64,000 bases of DNA from an uncultured Chloroflexia bacterium (GCA_963819655.1 CAWFXA010000002.1:960001-1024000); one strand, 5' to 3'. Positions 38,522-49,049 are shown, numbered from the stretch's first letter. Numbers and translations: made by a program. The notes: generated by a model not told the origin, from the letters alone.

Positions 38522-39753
38522 CCACGGCCGCGGCCGTGCCCTGGTGGATCCGCCAGGGCCTGGACATCGCGGACGGACGACTGGCGATCGCGGGACGCGA
38601 CGCCGAGACGCTTGCGCGCCAGCACGGCACGCCACTGTTCGCCTACGACCTCGCCCGCTTCGGCGAGAACGCGCGATCGATCCAGGCCGCGTTCACACCG
38701 ACCGGCTTGGCGTTCCATCTCCGGTTCGCCCTGAAGGCGAATCCGTTCCCCGAGGTGCTCGGCGTGTTCCGTTCGCTCGGCGCGCCCGGCGAGCTCGGCT
38801 CGGTCGGTATCGACGCCTGCTCGCCCGGCGAGGTGCTGCGTGCGCTCGAGTGCGGCTGGCGGCCCGACGAGATCAGCTACACCGGCACGAACGTCTCCGA
38901 GCGCGATCTCGACGTGCTGCTGGCGCACGGCATCCACCTCAACCTCGACGCGATCAGCCAGATCGCCCGATATGGTCGCCGCGCCCCGGGCACGGCGATC
39001 GGGATCCGCATCGATCCGGGCACGGGCGCCGGCTACAACGTCCACCTGGAGTACGCGGGCGATCGGCCGACGAAATTCGGCATCGGTCTCGAGCGGTTCG
39101 ACGAGGCGCTCGCCGTGGCCGCCGAGCACGCGCTGGCGATCGACACGATCCACTTCCATGCCGGGTCCGGCTGGCTCGCCGACGGGCTCGATGCCTTCGA
39201 GCATGCGCTGCCGGTGGCGGTCGAGGCCGTCGGGCGGGCGCGCGCCGCCGGCCACGCGATCACCGAGGTCAACGTCGGCGGCGGGCTCGGTGTGCCGGCA
39301 CGGTCGGACGAGGCGGGGGTCGACTTGGCGACGTACGCGGCGGTCGTCGCGCGGCATCTCGGGCCGCTCGGCGTCACTGTGACGGCTGAGCCGGGCGACG
39401 CGCTGACGAAGGACGCCGGGATCCTCCTGGCCGAGGTCGTCACGGTCGAGACCCGGCGGGGCGTGACGTTCGTCGGCCTCGATATCGGCTGGAACGTGAA
39501 CTGCGCCTTCTTCATCTACGGGTTCGCACAGGAGATCGTCCCGTGTCGCGACCCGGCGGCCGAGCGGACCCAGCAGGTGACGATCGCGGGCCACATCAAC
39601 GAGGCAAGCGACGTGTTCGCCGAGGATTATCCGATGGCGCCCGTGGCGGAGGGGGAGGTGGTCGCCCTGCTCAACGCCGGTGGCTATCACCAGGCGATGA
39701 GCTCGACCCACTGCCTGCGGCCGACCGGGACCGCGCTGTTCCTCGAGCGGTAG
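38518..39753 (+). CDS. lysA: Diaminopimelate decarboxylase-like PLP enzyme
   Basis: GTPLFAYD, FALKAN (PLP Lys), DACSPGE, KFGI, HFHAGS, NVGGG, EPG and NAGGY...MSS; the usual catalytic CE is NE here, so the substrate is uncertain. Confidence 0.72.
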   Translation: MTTAAAVPWWIRQGLDIADGRLAIAGRDAETLARQHGTPLFAYDLARFGENARSIQAAFTPTGLAFHLRFALKANPFPEVLGVFRSLGAPGELGSVGIDACSPGEVLRALECGWRPDEISYTGTNVSERDLDVLLAHGIHLNLDAISQIARYGRRAPGTAIGIRIDPGTGAGYNVHLEYAGDRPTKFGIGLERFDEALAVAAEHALAIDTIHFHAGSGWLADGLDAFEHALPVAVEAVGRARAAGHAITEVNVGGGLGVPARSDEAGVDLATYAAVVARHLGPLGVTVTAEPGDALTKDAGILLAEVVTVETRRGVTFVGLDIGWNVNCAFFIYGFAQEIVPCRDPAAERTQQVTIAGHINEASDVFAEDYPMAPVAEGEVVALLNAGGYHQAMSSTHCLRPTGTALFLER

Positions 39754-39812
39754 GGAGGCGGGGCTGCGCGATCTGCGGGCCCGGGCCCCGGAGCTTCAGG
39801 CGGCGCTGCGCG

Positions 39813-40502
39813 TCAGGCGGCGCGGCGTCCCAACGACCGCGACGGGATCGCGAACGCCTGGAACAGCGCGATCGCCCAGAACGCCAGAGTGAGCGGGTCG
39901 GCCTGGACCGACTCCATGACCACGCTGATGACGAAGTCGGGCGGCTGGACGACCTCGAGGGTCAGGCCTTCGGCGGCCAGCTCCTGGCCAACGAAATGGG
40001 CGACGATCAGGTATTCGCTGATGACCAGCGCAAGGAGCGTGAGGACGACGGAGATCGCCACCAGGACGACGGATCCGCGGCGGTTCGCGCCGAGGACGAC
40101 TCCGTAGCCGACGACGAAGCCAACGGCGATCGCCACGAGTCCGACCTGATACTGGGTGACCGCGACGACGCCATACCAGATGCCCGTCGCAAGGACCGCG
40201 GCCACGAGACCGGCGAGCAGGCCTCCGATGATGTCGCTCGTCCTTGCGGGCTGGCGCGGGGCCGCGTCAATAGCGCTCGTCGCAGGACCGCTCGCGAGAG
40301 CGCCCGGGTCGAGCGGCGATCCGAGCGCGGCCACGCCGACTCCGCCATCGGCGGCGGCCAGCGTCGGGGACGGACTCGAGATCCCACCGATCGGGCGCAG
40401 CTCGGACGCGGCGACGATCTCGCGCGCGCCGCCACAGCTGTAGCACGAGTTCGCCGAGGCGCGATTGATCGACTTGCAGTTGCCGCAGACCCAGTCGTTC
40501 AC
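39813..40502 (-). CDS. Membrane protein with N-terminal RanBP2-type zinc finger
   Basis: DWVCGNCKSIN...ANSCYSCG followed by about four TM helices. Confidence 0.75.
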   Translation of the reverse strand: MNDWVCGNCKSINRASANSCYSCGGAREIVAASELRPIGGISSPSPTLAAADGGVGVAALGSPLDPGALASGPATSAIDAAPRQPARTSDIIGGLLAGLVAAVLATGIWYGVVAVTQYQVGLVAIAVGFVVGYGVVLGANRRGSVVLVAISVVLTLLALVISEYLIVAHFVGQELAAEGLTLEVVQPPDFVISVVMESVQADPLTLAFWAIALFQAFAIPSRSLGRRAA

Positions 40503-40618
40503 GAACGGACCCCCATGCGATAGACCGGTCCTCGACCGGGCGGGCCGAAGTATGGCGACGGCCCTCCGCGCGGACGACCATCCGACGGTCCGGGGGTCGA
40601 CCAGTACACTCGCCGGTG

Positions 40619-41491
40619 ATGACGCAGCACGCCGAACGAGATGCCCCGCCGACGCGGCACATCACGACGCGGTCGATCGTGGCCGTGCGGGGATCGACGC
40701 TCGAGATCCGCGGGGACAGGGTCGTCGGGGAGGCACCGCTCGAGATCCGCGCGGCAGGCCCCGACCAGGATCCGGTCGCCGTCGCCGTCACGATGCGGAC
40801 CCCCGGCCACGAGGCCGAATTGGCAGTCGGCTTCCTGCGCACCGAGGGGCTGATCGACGGTCCCGAGGTCGTCGGCACGGAAAGCGGCGATCCGGTCACG
40901 CTCAACCAGCCGGACGACACGATCGTCGTGCGCCTGTCGACCCCGTTCGACGACTCGGCCGTGGCGGAGCGGCATTTCGTCGCGACGGCCTCGTGCGGGA
41001 TCTGTGGCAAGGCCTCGATCGACGAGGTCGTGCTGCGCTGTGAGGTCCTGCCGGACGGTCCGGTCGTGCCACGGTCCGTGGTGGTCGCCCTCCCCGACCT
41101 GCTTCGCGCGGCCCAGAAGGCGTTCGATGAAACGGGCGGGCTCCACGCTGCGGCGTTGTTCTCGCCGCGCGGCGAGCTGATCGCGATCCGCGAGGACGTC
41201 GGTCGCCACAACGCCATCGACAAGCTCGTCGGGTCGCAGGTCCTCGCGGGTGCACTCCCGCTGCACGACCGGATCCTGATGGTCTCGGGTCGGGTCAGCT
41301 TCGAGATCGTCCAGAAGGCCGCGGTGGCGGGCGTGCCGATCGTCGCTGCGGTGTCGGCGCCATCGGATCTGGCGGTCGAGACCGCGGAGCGACTCGGTGT
41401 GACGCTCGTTGGGTTCCTGCGCGGCGACGGGTTCAACGTCTACAGCCACGACCGCCGGATCGACCTGCACGACCTGACAGGCTGGGGCTGA
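40619..41491 (+). CDS. fdhD: Formate dehydrogenase accessory sulfurtransferase FdhD
   Basis: E.PLEIR, TMRTPG, SCGICGK, TGGLHAAA, EDVGRHNA.DK and SGRVSFE. Confidence 0.95.
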   Translation: MTQHAERDAPPTRHITTRSIVAVRGSTLEIRGDRVVGEAPLEIRAAGPDQDPVAVAVTMRTPGHEAELAVGFLRTEGLIDGPEVVGTESGDPVTLNQPDDTIVVRLSTPFDDSAVAERHFVATASCGICGKASIDEVVLRCEVLPDGPVVPRSVVVALPDLLRAAQKAFDETGGLHAAALFSPRGELIAIREDVGRHNAIDKLVGSQVLAGALPLHDRILMVSGRVSFEIVQKAAVAGVPIVAAVSAPSDLAVETAERLGVTLVGFLRGDGFNVYSHDRRIDLHDLTGWG

Positions 41492-41507
41492 CCGGCACGT
41501 CACTATT

Positions 41508-41663
41508 TGACCTACTGAGTCATATCGACCCGTCCGGTCACGAATCCTGATGAGCGTGCACGCTCGACCCTCAAATCTTGCATCGAAATGCGCGAAGTCG
41601 AGCCGGTCCGCGCTCGTTCATCGCGCGCCCTGACCTGACGGGTCGGTTTGACCTGTCAGGTCA
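41508..41663. repeat. REP-doublet (REPIN-like) element: two 33-nt self-palindromic copies in inverted orientation
   Basis: Reverse complement of 41508-41540 (TGACCGGACGGGTCGATATGACTCAGTAGGTCA) matches 41631-41663 (TGACCTGACGGGTCGGTTTGACCTGTCAGGTCA) at 25 of 33 positions; the spacer also folds. Confidence 0.7.
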
Positions 41664-42125
41664 CCGATCAGCGGCGAACCAACTCGTCGCGCGTTCGATC
41701 GTCACCATGATCAATGGCCGGGACTCCAGATCGTGCTCGGCATATTGGCTGTACTTGATACGGAGTGCCCGCGCGACCGCCCGCGCACCGACGTCGCGCG
41801 GGGTCGGCTCGACCACCTTCGCCCGACCGGTCACGCGCAGCCACGCGAGCTCGTCCCAGTTCTCGGACCAGCGTTGGACCAGCAGACTGACGACTGGCCG
41901 CTCGCGGATGTCTCGGACGCGAGCGAGCGCGTAGGGATCTGTCGTCGATTTGGGCTTCTCGTCGATCGGCGTGTGCAGGACGGGCCGACCACGATTCTCG
42001 AGGGGTGCCAGAACGAAGCAGACCGGCACAAGGCGTGGATGCCCGTCGGGATCGATCGTCGCTAGCGTCGCCGTGCGCGCGTCCGCGAGGAGCGCCCGCT
42101 CAGCCAGCGTCAGGACCGGTGGCAC
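41661..42125 (-). CDS. PPOX-class putative F420-dependent oxidoreductase (TIGR03668-like)
   Basis: LATID.DG.P.LVPVCF, TPIDEKPK, R.RDI..RP.VSLLV and W..L.WLR..G.A. Confidence 0.85.
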   Translation of the reverse strand: MPPVLTLAERALLADARTATLATIDPDGHPRLVPVCFVLAPLENRGRPVLHTPIDEKPKSTTDPYALARVRDIRERPVVSLLVQRWSENWDELAWLRVTGRAKVVEPTPRDVGARAVARALRIKYSQYAEHDLESRPLIMVTIERATSWFAADR

Positions 42126-43247
42126 GCTGGCTCGGCGATGACGCCTGGGATTTCGGGCGTTCGTTCACGAATTCGAAGCCGAACCGGCCCTTGATGCACA
42201 GGTGGCCGTCCGTGACGGACGAGTCGAGCGGCGATGTGACCTTCAGGATCCGGTCGTCCTGGACGTGCAGATCGACGGCACAGCCGACGCCGCAATACGG
42301 GCAGATCGTCGACGTGACCGTCTGGGCGGACTCGTCCCAGGTGCCGGCCTCGCGCATGTCGTATTCGGGCTTGGCCATCAACGCGCCGGTCGGGCACACG
42401 CCGATGCAATTGCCGCAGTACACGCAGGCCGATTCCGGGAGAGGGACGGCCTGCTCGGTCGAGATCCGGGCGTCGAACCCGCGACCCGCCACCGCGATCG
42501 CGAACGTGTTCTGGGCATCCTCGCCGCACGCCTCGACGCACTTGTAGCAGAGGATGCACTTCGCGTAGTCGCGCACGTAGAGGTCGTTGTCGATCTTCGT
42601 GGGCTGGGCGACGGTCGCGGCGAAGGCCGCCTCCTCGCCGGTCGGTGCGTGGTGGTGCCCGGCCTCGTGCATGTCGCGCTCGCCTGGTGCGGCGGGCGCC
42701 GCCGGCTCGCCGAACCGCCCCGGATCCGCTCCATAGCGGTTCATGTACGGCATGGATCGTGCCGTCGGGCGCGGCCGGGCCGGCGAGCGACACGTCGACC
42801 GACGAGCCGAGGAACTCCAGGACGACCTTGCGCGACGTGCCGGACGCGGTCCGAGTCGGTCTGGACCTCCATCCCCGGCTCGACCGGTCGCGAGCAGGCG
42901 GGCGCGAGGACGCGGGATCCCGTCACCTCGACGACGCACACCCGACAGACGTTGACCGGCGTGAGGTTGTCCGCGTAGCACAGCGTCGGCGTGTCGATCC
43001 CGAGGACGCGACACGCACCGAGGATCGTCGTCCCGGCGGGCACCGTCACCGGTCGTCCATCGATGGTCAGCTTGACGGCTGGTGGCGCCGCGACCGGTGG
43101 CGGCGCGGGCGGCTTGGACGGACGCGCCGGAGGGCTCAGGACGATGTCCGTGAGTGGCTGTGCCGCCGGCGCCTGGCCGGCATGCGGCGAGCTCGGGTCC
43201 GGCGCCGGGTCTCGTGACATCGACAGCCCGGTCGTGTCCTCGCTCAT
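42100..43247 (-). CDS. FDH iron-sulfur subunit (2Fe-2S + 2x4Fe-4S + molybdopterin-oxidoreductase 4Fe-4S domain); frameshifts near 42835 and 42755
   Basis: TPTLC...CRVC.V...AC; CILCYKC...C; CVYCGNC...CP; ICPYCGVGC...LCIKG; spread over three frames. Confidence 0.82.
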
Positions 43248-45092
43248 AAGGCCACCAGATCCGGCTGTCGCAGCGCCAATTCGATGGCCGACGAGGCGGT
43301 CTGACCGAGCCCGCAGATCGACGCATCGCGCATGGCCTGCCCGACCTCACGCAACAGCGTCAGCTCCTCGTCGCGCGACCGGACGCGCGAGCCGGCGGCG
43401 AGGCGAGCCAGCAGCTCCTCCTGACGCACGCTGCCGACCCGGCACGGCACGCACTGGCCGCACGACTCGTCGCGGAAGAAACGGGCGATGCGCCGCAGCG
43501 TGTCGACGAGATCTACCGTTTCGTCGAAGACCATGATCACGCCGGAGCCGAGCGTGGCACCGGCCGCGCGCGTCGCCTCGAACGTCAGCGGCAGGTCGAG
43601 AGACGATGGCCCGACGAACACCCCGGCAGCACCGCCGAGCAGGATCGCGCGGATGCCGCGTCCGCCCGGTACGCCCCCCGCCATCGCGATCAAGTCACCC
43701 AGCGTAGCGCCGAACTCGACCTCATAGACCCCGGGGCGCGCGACATGCCCCGACAGGCAGAACAGCCGCGGGCCGCTCGAGCCATCCGTGCCGATCGCCG
43801 CGTACGCCTCACCGCCCATCCCGATGATCAGGGGGACGTTGACCAGGGTCTCGACGTTGTTCACCACGGTCGGCTTCCCGAACAGCCCGACCTCGACCGG
43901 GAACGGCGGCTTGTTGCGCGGCTCGCCGCGCTTGCCCTCGATCGATTCGAAGAGCGCCGTCTCCTCGCCGCAGATGTAGGCGCCGGCGCCGCGGCGCACC
44001 TCGATATCGAACGCGAAACCCGCGCCCAGGATGTCCGGCCCGAGCAGGCTCGCGGCCCGTGCCGCACCGATCGCGCCACGGATCGCGGCCTCGGCTTCCG
44101 GGTACTCGCCGCGGATGTACAGGTAGCCCTTGGTCGCACCTGTGGCGAGAGCGCCGATCGTCATCGCCTCGACCACGGCGAAGGGATCGCCTTCGAGCAG
44201 CACGCGGTCCTTGAACGTGCCTGGCTCCGACTCGTCGGCGTTGCACACGAAGTAATGGGGCTGCGCGGCCTGCGACGCGACGGCCGCCCACTTGCGACCC
44301 GTCGGGAACGCGGCACCACCGCGGCCCATCAGCTTCGACGCCGTGACCTCGGCGATGACCGCCTCGCCGCCCATCGCGATCGCCTTCGACAAAGCCTCGT
44401 AGCCGCCGTGCGCGCGGTAGTCGTCGAGTGACGCTGGGTCGACCAGGCCGACCCGCCGGAGCAGCCGCAGCGACGGATCGCCGGTCTGAGGGATGGGTGG
44501 TGCGCTTGCGAGTGGCCGCCGCACCGTCGAGACGCGCGACGATCCCCACCGCGTCGATCGGGGCAGCGCTCGTCACGGTCGGGCGCTCGCCTGCCGTCGT
44601 GATCATGGCCGCCGGCGCGAGGTCGCACAGCCCAAGACAGGGCGAACGGTGCCAGCCGACCCGACCGTCGCGCGCCGCCGCCCCCTCCGGACCGACCGAC
44701 CGGGCGAGGTCGTCACAGATCCCCTCCGCCCCGGCGAGCCGGCACGCGATGTCGTCGCAGACGTGGGCCACGATCGGCGGTCGCGGGGTTGTCGCATAGA
44801 GGGCGTAGAACGTGGCCACGCCGTACGCCTCCGCAGGCGCGACCGCCAGGCGCCGCGAGATGTAGTTGAGGGCGGGTTGGCTGATCCAGCCGATCCGGTC
44901 CTGGACCGCGTGGAGCGCCGGGAGCAGCTCAGATCGACGCGCCCGCGTCGCGTGGCCGCCCCGCGCGGAATGCCCCTCGACGCCCGGTCGCCGCTGACCT
45001 CCCGTCCAACCCGATTCGGGCGGACCCAGCACGCCATCCACGGCCGCACGCTCGGCCGGGGAAGCCAGCGGCCCGATGACGTGCAGATCCAT
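43244..45092 (-). CDS. NuoE/NuoF-like fused NAD(H)-binding subunit; frameshift near 44515
   Basis: NuoE part GVATFY..., VCDDIAC and CLGLC..AP; NuoF part GRGGAAFP.G.KW, CNADESEPG, GAGAYICGEET and ESCGQC.PCR...SICGLG. Confidence 0.85.
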
Positions 45093-45142
45093 CGCATCCG
45101 AGTGTAGCCGCGGGGCGACGACGCGGGCGTACGATGCACGCC

Positions 45143-45719
45143 ATGCCGCAACGCCGCTGGGTCCAGTTCAGCCTCGACTGGCTGGAGTGGTCGCAGCGCA
45201 ATCTCCTCGCAGCCGTCCGAGCCACCGATCCGGCCAACCTCCACCGGCGGCCGGGGCCGCGGGCACCGTCGATCGCGTTCCACGCCTGGCACATGGCGCG
45301 CTGGGCCGATCGATACCAGGCCACGCTGCCGACCTCCCTCGCCGTCAACCGACATCGATGGAGCCCGCGAGATCTGGATCCGAGACGACGTCGTCGGGAC
45401 TTGGGGCCTCCGCGACATCAGCCTGGGTGACTTCGGCGGTACTGGTGCGGGCCTCGACGACGAAGCGTCGGCGGCGCTTCCGCTCCCAGACGCCCCGGCC
45501 TTGCTCGACTACATGACCGCAACGTTCGGTGCCTTTGAGGATCGCGTTCGAGCCATCGACGACGACGCCGTCCTCGACATCGTCTATGTCGACCTGTATG
45601 GCGACGAGACCACCATCGCCGATTCCATCGCGAATGCCACCTCGCATGCGGACCGCCACCTCGGCATGATCGAGGCGCTCCGTGGTGTGCTCGGCGACCG
45701 CGGGACGGTGACGGTCTAG
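45143..45719 (+). CDS. DinB-family (DinB/YfiT-like) protein; frameshift near 45340
   Basis: SIAFHAWHMARW.D and SHADRHLG.IEALRG; leaderless TACGAT-N7-ATG. Confidence 0.72.
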
Positions 45720-45843
45720 GCAGCCGGCGGCCGCCGTCCAAGAGCTGCTCGACCTGCTGTTGACGAACCCGGGCCCGCCGGAGCGCTACTCGAAGTCGCG
45801 ACGCGCGTACGCCGACGATCTCGTCCGTCCCGCCGACGGCGAC

Positions 45844-46680
45844 TCAGACGTGTAGGACGCGGACGTCCAGCGGCTCCACTCGACCGCGGAGGGTGAGCGT
45901 CCGGAGCTCGAGACTCTCATCCAATGCGGCCGCCGCCGCCGACGCGGAGCTCACGAGGATCTCGCCAGGGCCTGCCGCAGAGGCGAGCCGAGCGGTGACA
46001 TTGACGCTGTCCCCGAGGGCGGTGAAGTCGACGACCGTATCGCCGATCGTGCCCACGTAGGCGAGTCCCGTGTGGACCCCGGCTCCCACCGGGATCCACG
46101 GACCGCCATCGCTCCCGTGGCCGGTTGCCCGTAACAGATCCCGGGCAGCCTCGATCGCGTCGGCCGCGTGGTCGTGTCCGGCCAGGACGGGCAGGAACAG
46201 CCCGACCACCTCGTCGCCGACGAACTTGTCGATGATGCCGTCGCGCGCCACAAGGGTGCTCGTGGCCTCCTTGTAAAACCGGCCGAGGAGGCTCTGGAAG
46301 GCGCCCGGTCCCATCTTCTCCGCGAGGCCGGTCGACCCACGCACGTCGGCGAAGAGCATGCTCAGCTCGATCTCGGCGCCGCCGCGTGCCTTCTCCAGCT
46401 GCTTGAAGCAAAGGCCGCAGATCGAAGGATTCTTGTCCCACCGGCCGCGGTCGATCATCCGCATGAATGGTGCCGCGGGCCCGGCAAAGGGAGCCGCGCA
46501 CATCTTGCAGCGGGGTGAGCTCGGGAGCACCCGGAAGAAGCCACGCCCCGCGGCGAACCCCGAATCGGGGTCGTTCAGCATCCTCTCCCACATCGGGTCG
46601 GAGACGAAGGCAGCGGCCCCCCCGTCCGCAGTTTCTGTGGGCGCGTCGTCCACGACGTCCTGAGCGTGCGGATCAGTCAT
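45844..46680 (-). CDS. Class III adenylate/guanylate cyclase with N-terminal CxxC...CxxC module
   Basis: LFADVRGST, DKFVGDEV, GVHTG and FTALGDSVNVTARL; CKMC and CGLC. Confidence 0.9.
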   Translation of the reverse strand: MTDPHAQDVVDDAPTETADGGAAAFVSDPMWERMLNDPDSGFAAGRGFFRVLPSSPRCKMCAAPFAGPAAPFMRMIDRGRWDKNPSICGLCFKQLEKARGGAEIELSMLFADVRGSTGLAEKMGPGAFQSLLGRFYKEATSTLVARDGIIDKFVGDEVVGLFLPVLAGHDHAADAIEAARDLLRATGHGSDGGPWIPVGAGVHTGLAYVGTIGDTVVDFTALGDSVNVTARLASAAGPGEILVSSASAAAAALDESLELRTLTLRGRVEPLDVRVLHV

Positions 46681-47039
46681 CGGGTCCCTCGACGTTCACG
46701 ACTGTCACGCCCGACCCGACACGGAAGCCGACGATGACCTGGTCCTCGTCCGACGGGTTGCTTTTCCTGTGCACGGTCTCGGGCGGGACGATGAAGAGTC
46801 ACGGGGCCGGCCTCGACGACCGTGGTGCCCTGCGGTCCGCTCTCGAGCCGGAGGCGACCTGCGATGACGTAGCCATATGTCGCGTGCCCGCCATGGTGGT
46901 GCCATCCCGATACGAGTCATGGTTGCGTCGTGACCGCGATGATACGTGCGTCGCCGATGACCGCCTCCCGTCGCTCCATCCCTGGCGTCGGCACGTTCTC
47001 GACGGGCGCATCCGCGGTCACGATCCGGATCTCGGGCAT
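46673..47039 (-). pseudogene. Cupin-domain protein with in-frame TGA (46917-46919) and a frameshift near 46800
   Basis: MPEIRIV...TPGMERREA...P*LVSGWHHHG...YGYV..G.LRLE.G...EAGP/FIVPPETVHR; starts immediately after the FDH stop. Confidence 0.72.
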
Positions 47040-47040
47040 G

Positions 47041-48954
47041 TCAGGCGGGCACGGCCTCCCCGAGCTTCTCGATGCGGATCGCGGTGGCCTTGAACTCCGC
47101 GGTGCCCGACTTCGGGTCGGTCGCGTCGATGGTCAGCAGGTTCGTCGCGACGTCATCCTGGAAATGGAGCGTCATGAACGTGAGCCCCGGGCGCAGCGAC
47201 GGGTCGATCCGGACCGGGACATCGACCTGGCCGCGACGCGACACGGCACGCACGCGTTCGCCGTCGACCAGCCCGTACGTCTCGGCGTCTTCGGGTGAGA
47301 TGTCGAGCGATTCGCCGCGCCGAAGTGGGGACGTGTAGCCGGCGGTCTGCACCCCGGTGTTGTACGAGTCGAGCCGGCGCCCGGTCGTCAGGCGGATCGG
47401 GTATTCGTCGGTGAGCTTGTCGACCGGGGGGTCGTGATCGACCGGCACGAACGGGACCCGATTGCCCGGCACCGGGTCCTCCCACAGCCGGCTGTGGAGG
47501 AACAGCTCGCCCGGATGGGTCTCGTCGTAGCACGGCCACTGGAGGCCGCCCAGCTCCTCGAGCCGTCGGTAGGTCATGCCGGCGTGCACGGGCGACAACG
47601 CGCGGACCTCGTCCCAGACGCGCTCGGCGACGGCCTCGCCCCAGTCGGCACCCATCCGGTTCGCCAGCTCGAAGATGATGGCCAGGTCGTCGCGCGCTCC
47701 CTCGGGCGGTGCCACGGCCGCGCGCACGCGCTGGACGCGTCGCTCGGAGTTCGTGACGGTCCCCTCGGCCTCGGCCCAGGCCGCCGATGCCGGCAGCACC
47801 ACGTCGGCGATCTCGGCAGTCCGCGTCAGGAACAGGTCTTGCACGACGAGCATGTCGAGCCCTTCGAGGAGCCTGATCGCGCGATGCTGGTCGGCCTCGG
47901 ATTGCACCGGGTTCTCGCCGATGCAGTACACGGCGGTCAGGTCGCCCCGCTCCATCGCATCGAACATGCCCGACAGGTGCCAGCCGCGCTGCGGCGGGAT
48001 CGTCACGCCCCACGCGGCTTCGAACTTGGCGCGGAGCTCGTCGTTCTCGACGTGCTGGAAGCCCGGGAGTCGATCGGGCAGCGCGCCCATGTCGCCGCCG
48101 CCCTGGACGTTGTTCTGGCCACGAAGCGGGTTGACGCCGCTCCCGTATCTGCCGACGTGCCCCGTCAGCAGCACCAGCGAGATCAGTGCGAGCACGTTGT
48201 CGACCGCGTTGTGGTGTTCGGTGATCCCGAGCGTCCAGCAGATCATCGCCCGTGGCGCCGTCGCCAGCGCGTGGGCCAGCTCGCGGATCGCCTCGGCCGG
48301 GACGCCGGTCTCGCGCTCGGCGTATTCGAGCGTGTACGACTCGACCTTGGCCTTGTAGGCGTCGAAGTCGACGGTCGCCCGCTCGATGAACGCGCGGTTC
48401 TCGAGACCCGAGGCGATGATCTCGCGTGCGACGGCGTTTGCCAGTGCGATGTCGCTGCCGACGTCGAGGCCGAGCCACGAATCGGCCCACTCCGCGCTCG
48501 ACGTCCGGCGCGGGTCGACCGCGTATAGCCGAGCGCCTTTGTGCACGGCCTTGAGGACGTGATGGAAGAAGATCGGATGCGTCTCCCGGGCATTGCTGCC
48601 CCAGAGGACGATCAGATCGGTGTCCTCGGCCTCACGGTATGAACTCGTGCCGCCACCGGCACCGAACACGGTCGCCAGACCGGCGACGCTTGGGGCGTGT
48701 CAGGTGCGGTTGCAGCTATCGATGTTGTTGCTGCCCAGGACCACCCGGCTGAACTTCTGGGCCGCGAAGTTGACCTCGTTGGTCGCCTTGCTGCAGCTGA
48801 AGGTGCCGAACGTCGTCGGGCCGTGGGCCGCCTTCGCGGCCGTGAACCCGGCGACCACGCGGTCGAGCGCTTCGTCCCAGGTCGCTGGTCGAAGCTCGCC
48901 ACCCTTCGCGTCGCGGATGAGGGGCTGGGTCAGTCGGACATAGGGTCGCGCCAC
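47041..48954 (-). CDS. fdhA: Selenocysteine-containing formate dehydrogenase catalytic (Mo/W-bisPGD) subunit, UGA at 48700-48702
   Basis: Two track ORFs join in frame through TGA as NNIDSCNRT-U-HAPSVAGL; PLRGQNNVQG and C-terminal LTTGR; AGGAGG + GTG start; 637 aa. Confidence 0.93.
48671..48687 (-). promoter_or_regulatory. Bacterial SECIS hairpin
   Basis: GTCGCC-GGTCT-GGCGAC starts 12 nt after the UGA; G-containing apical loop as in fdhF-type SECIS elements. Confidence 0.85.
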
Positions 48955-49049
48955 TCGGGGCCCTCCTGCGGAAGACGACCGCCCGAGTGTACCCCTTGAC
49001 GACGGGCCCTTCGGACGGCACCCTCCGCATCGTTCATGCGAGGGGACAC

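Noticed and set aside
41547-41590. CTGATGAG...GAAA suggesting a hammerhead ribozyme
   Set aside because: The stem after CTGATGA is followed by TCGAC, not GAAA, and no consistent stems I and III were found.
41508-41663. 6S RNA
   Set aside because: Size fits, but the arms are two self-palindromic repeat copies, one overlapping a stop codon, and no clear large central bubble is present; treated as a repeat.
45720-45843. Coding-like scrap (QELLDLLLTNPGPPERYSK...)
   Set aside because: No start or RBS and too short to support a call.
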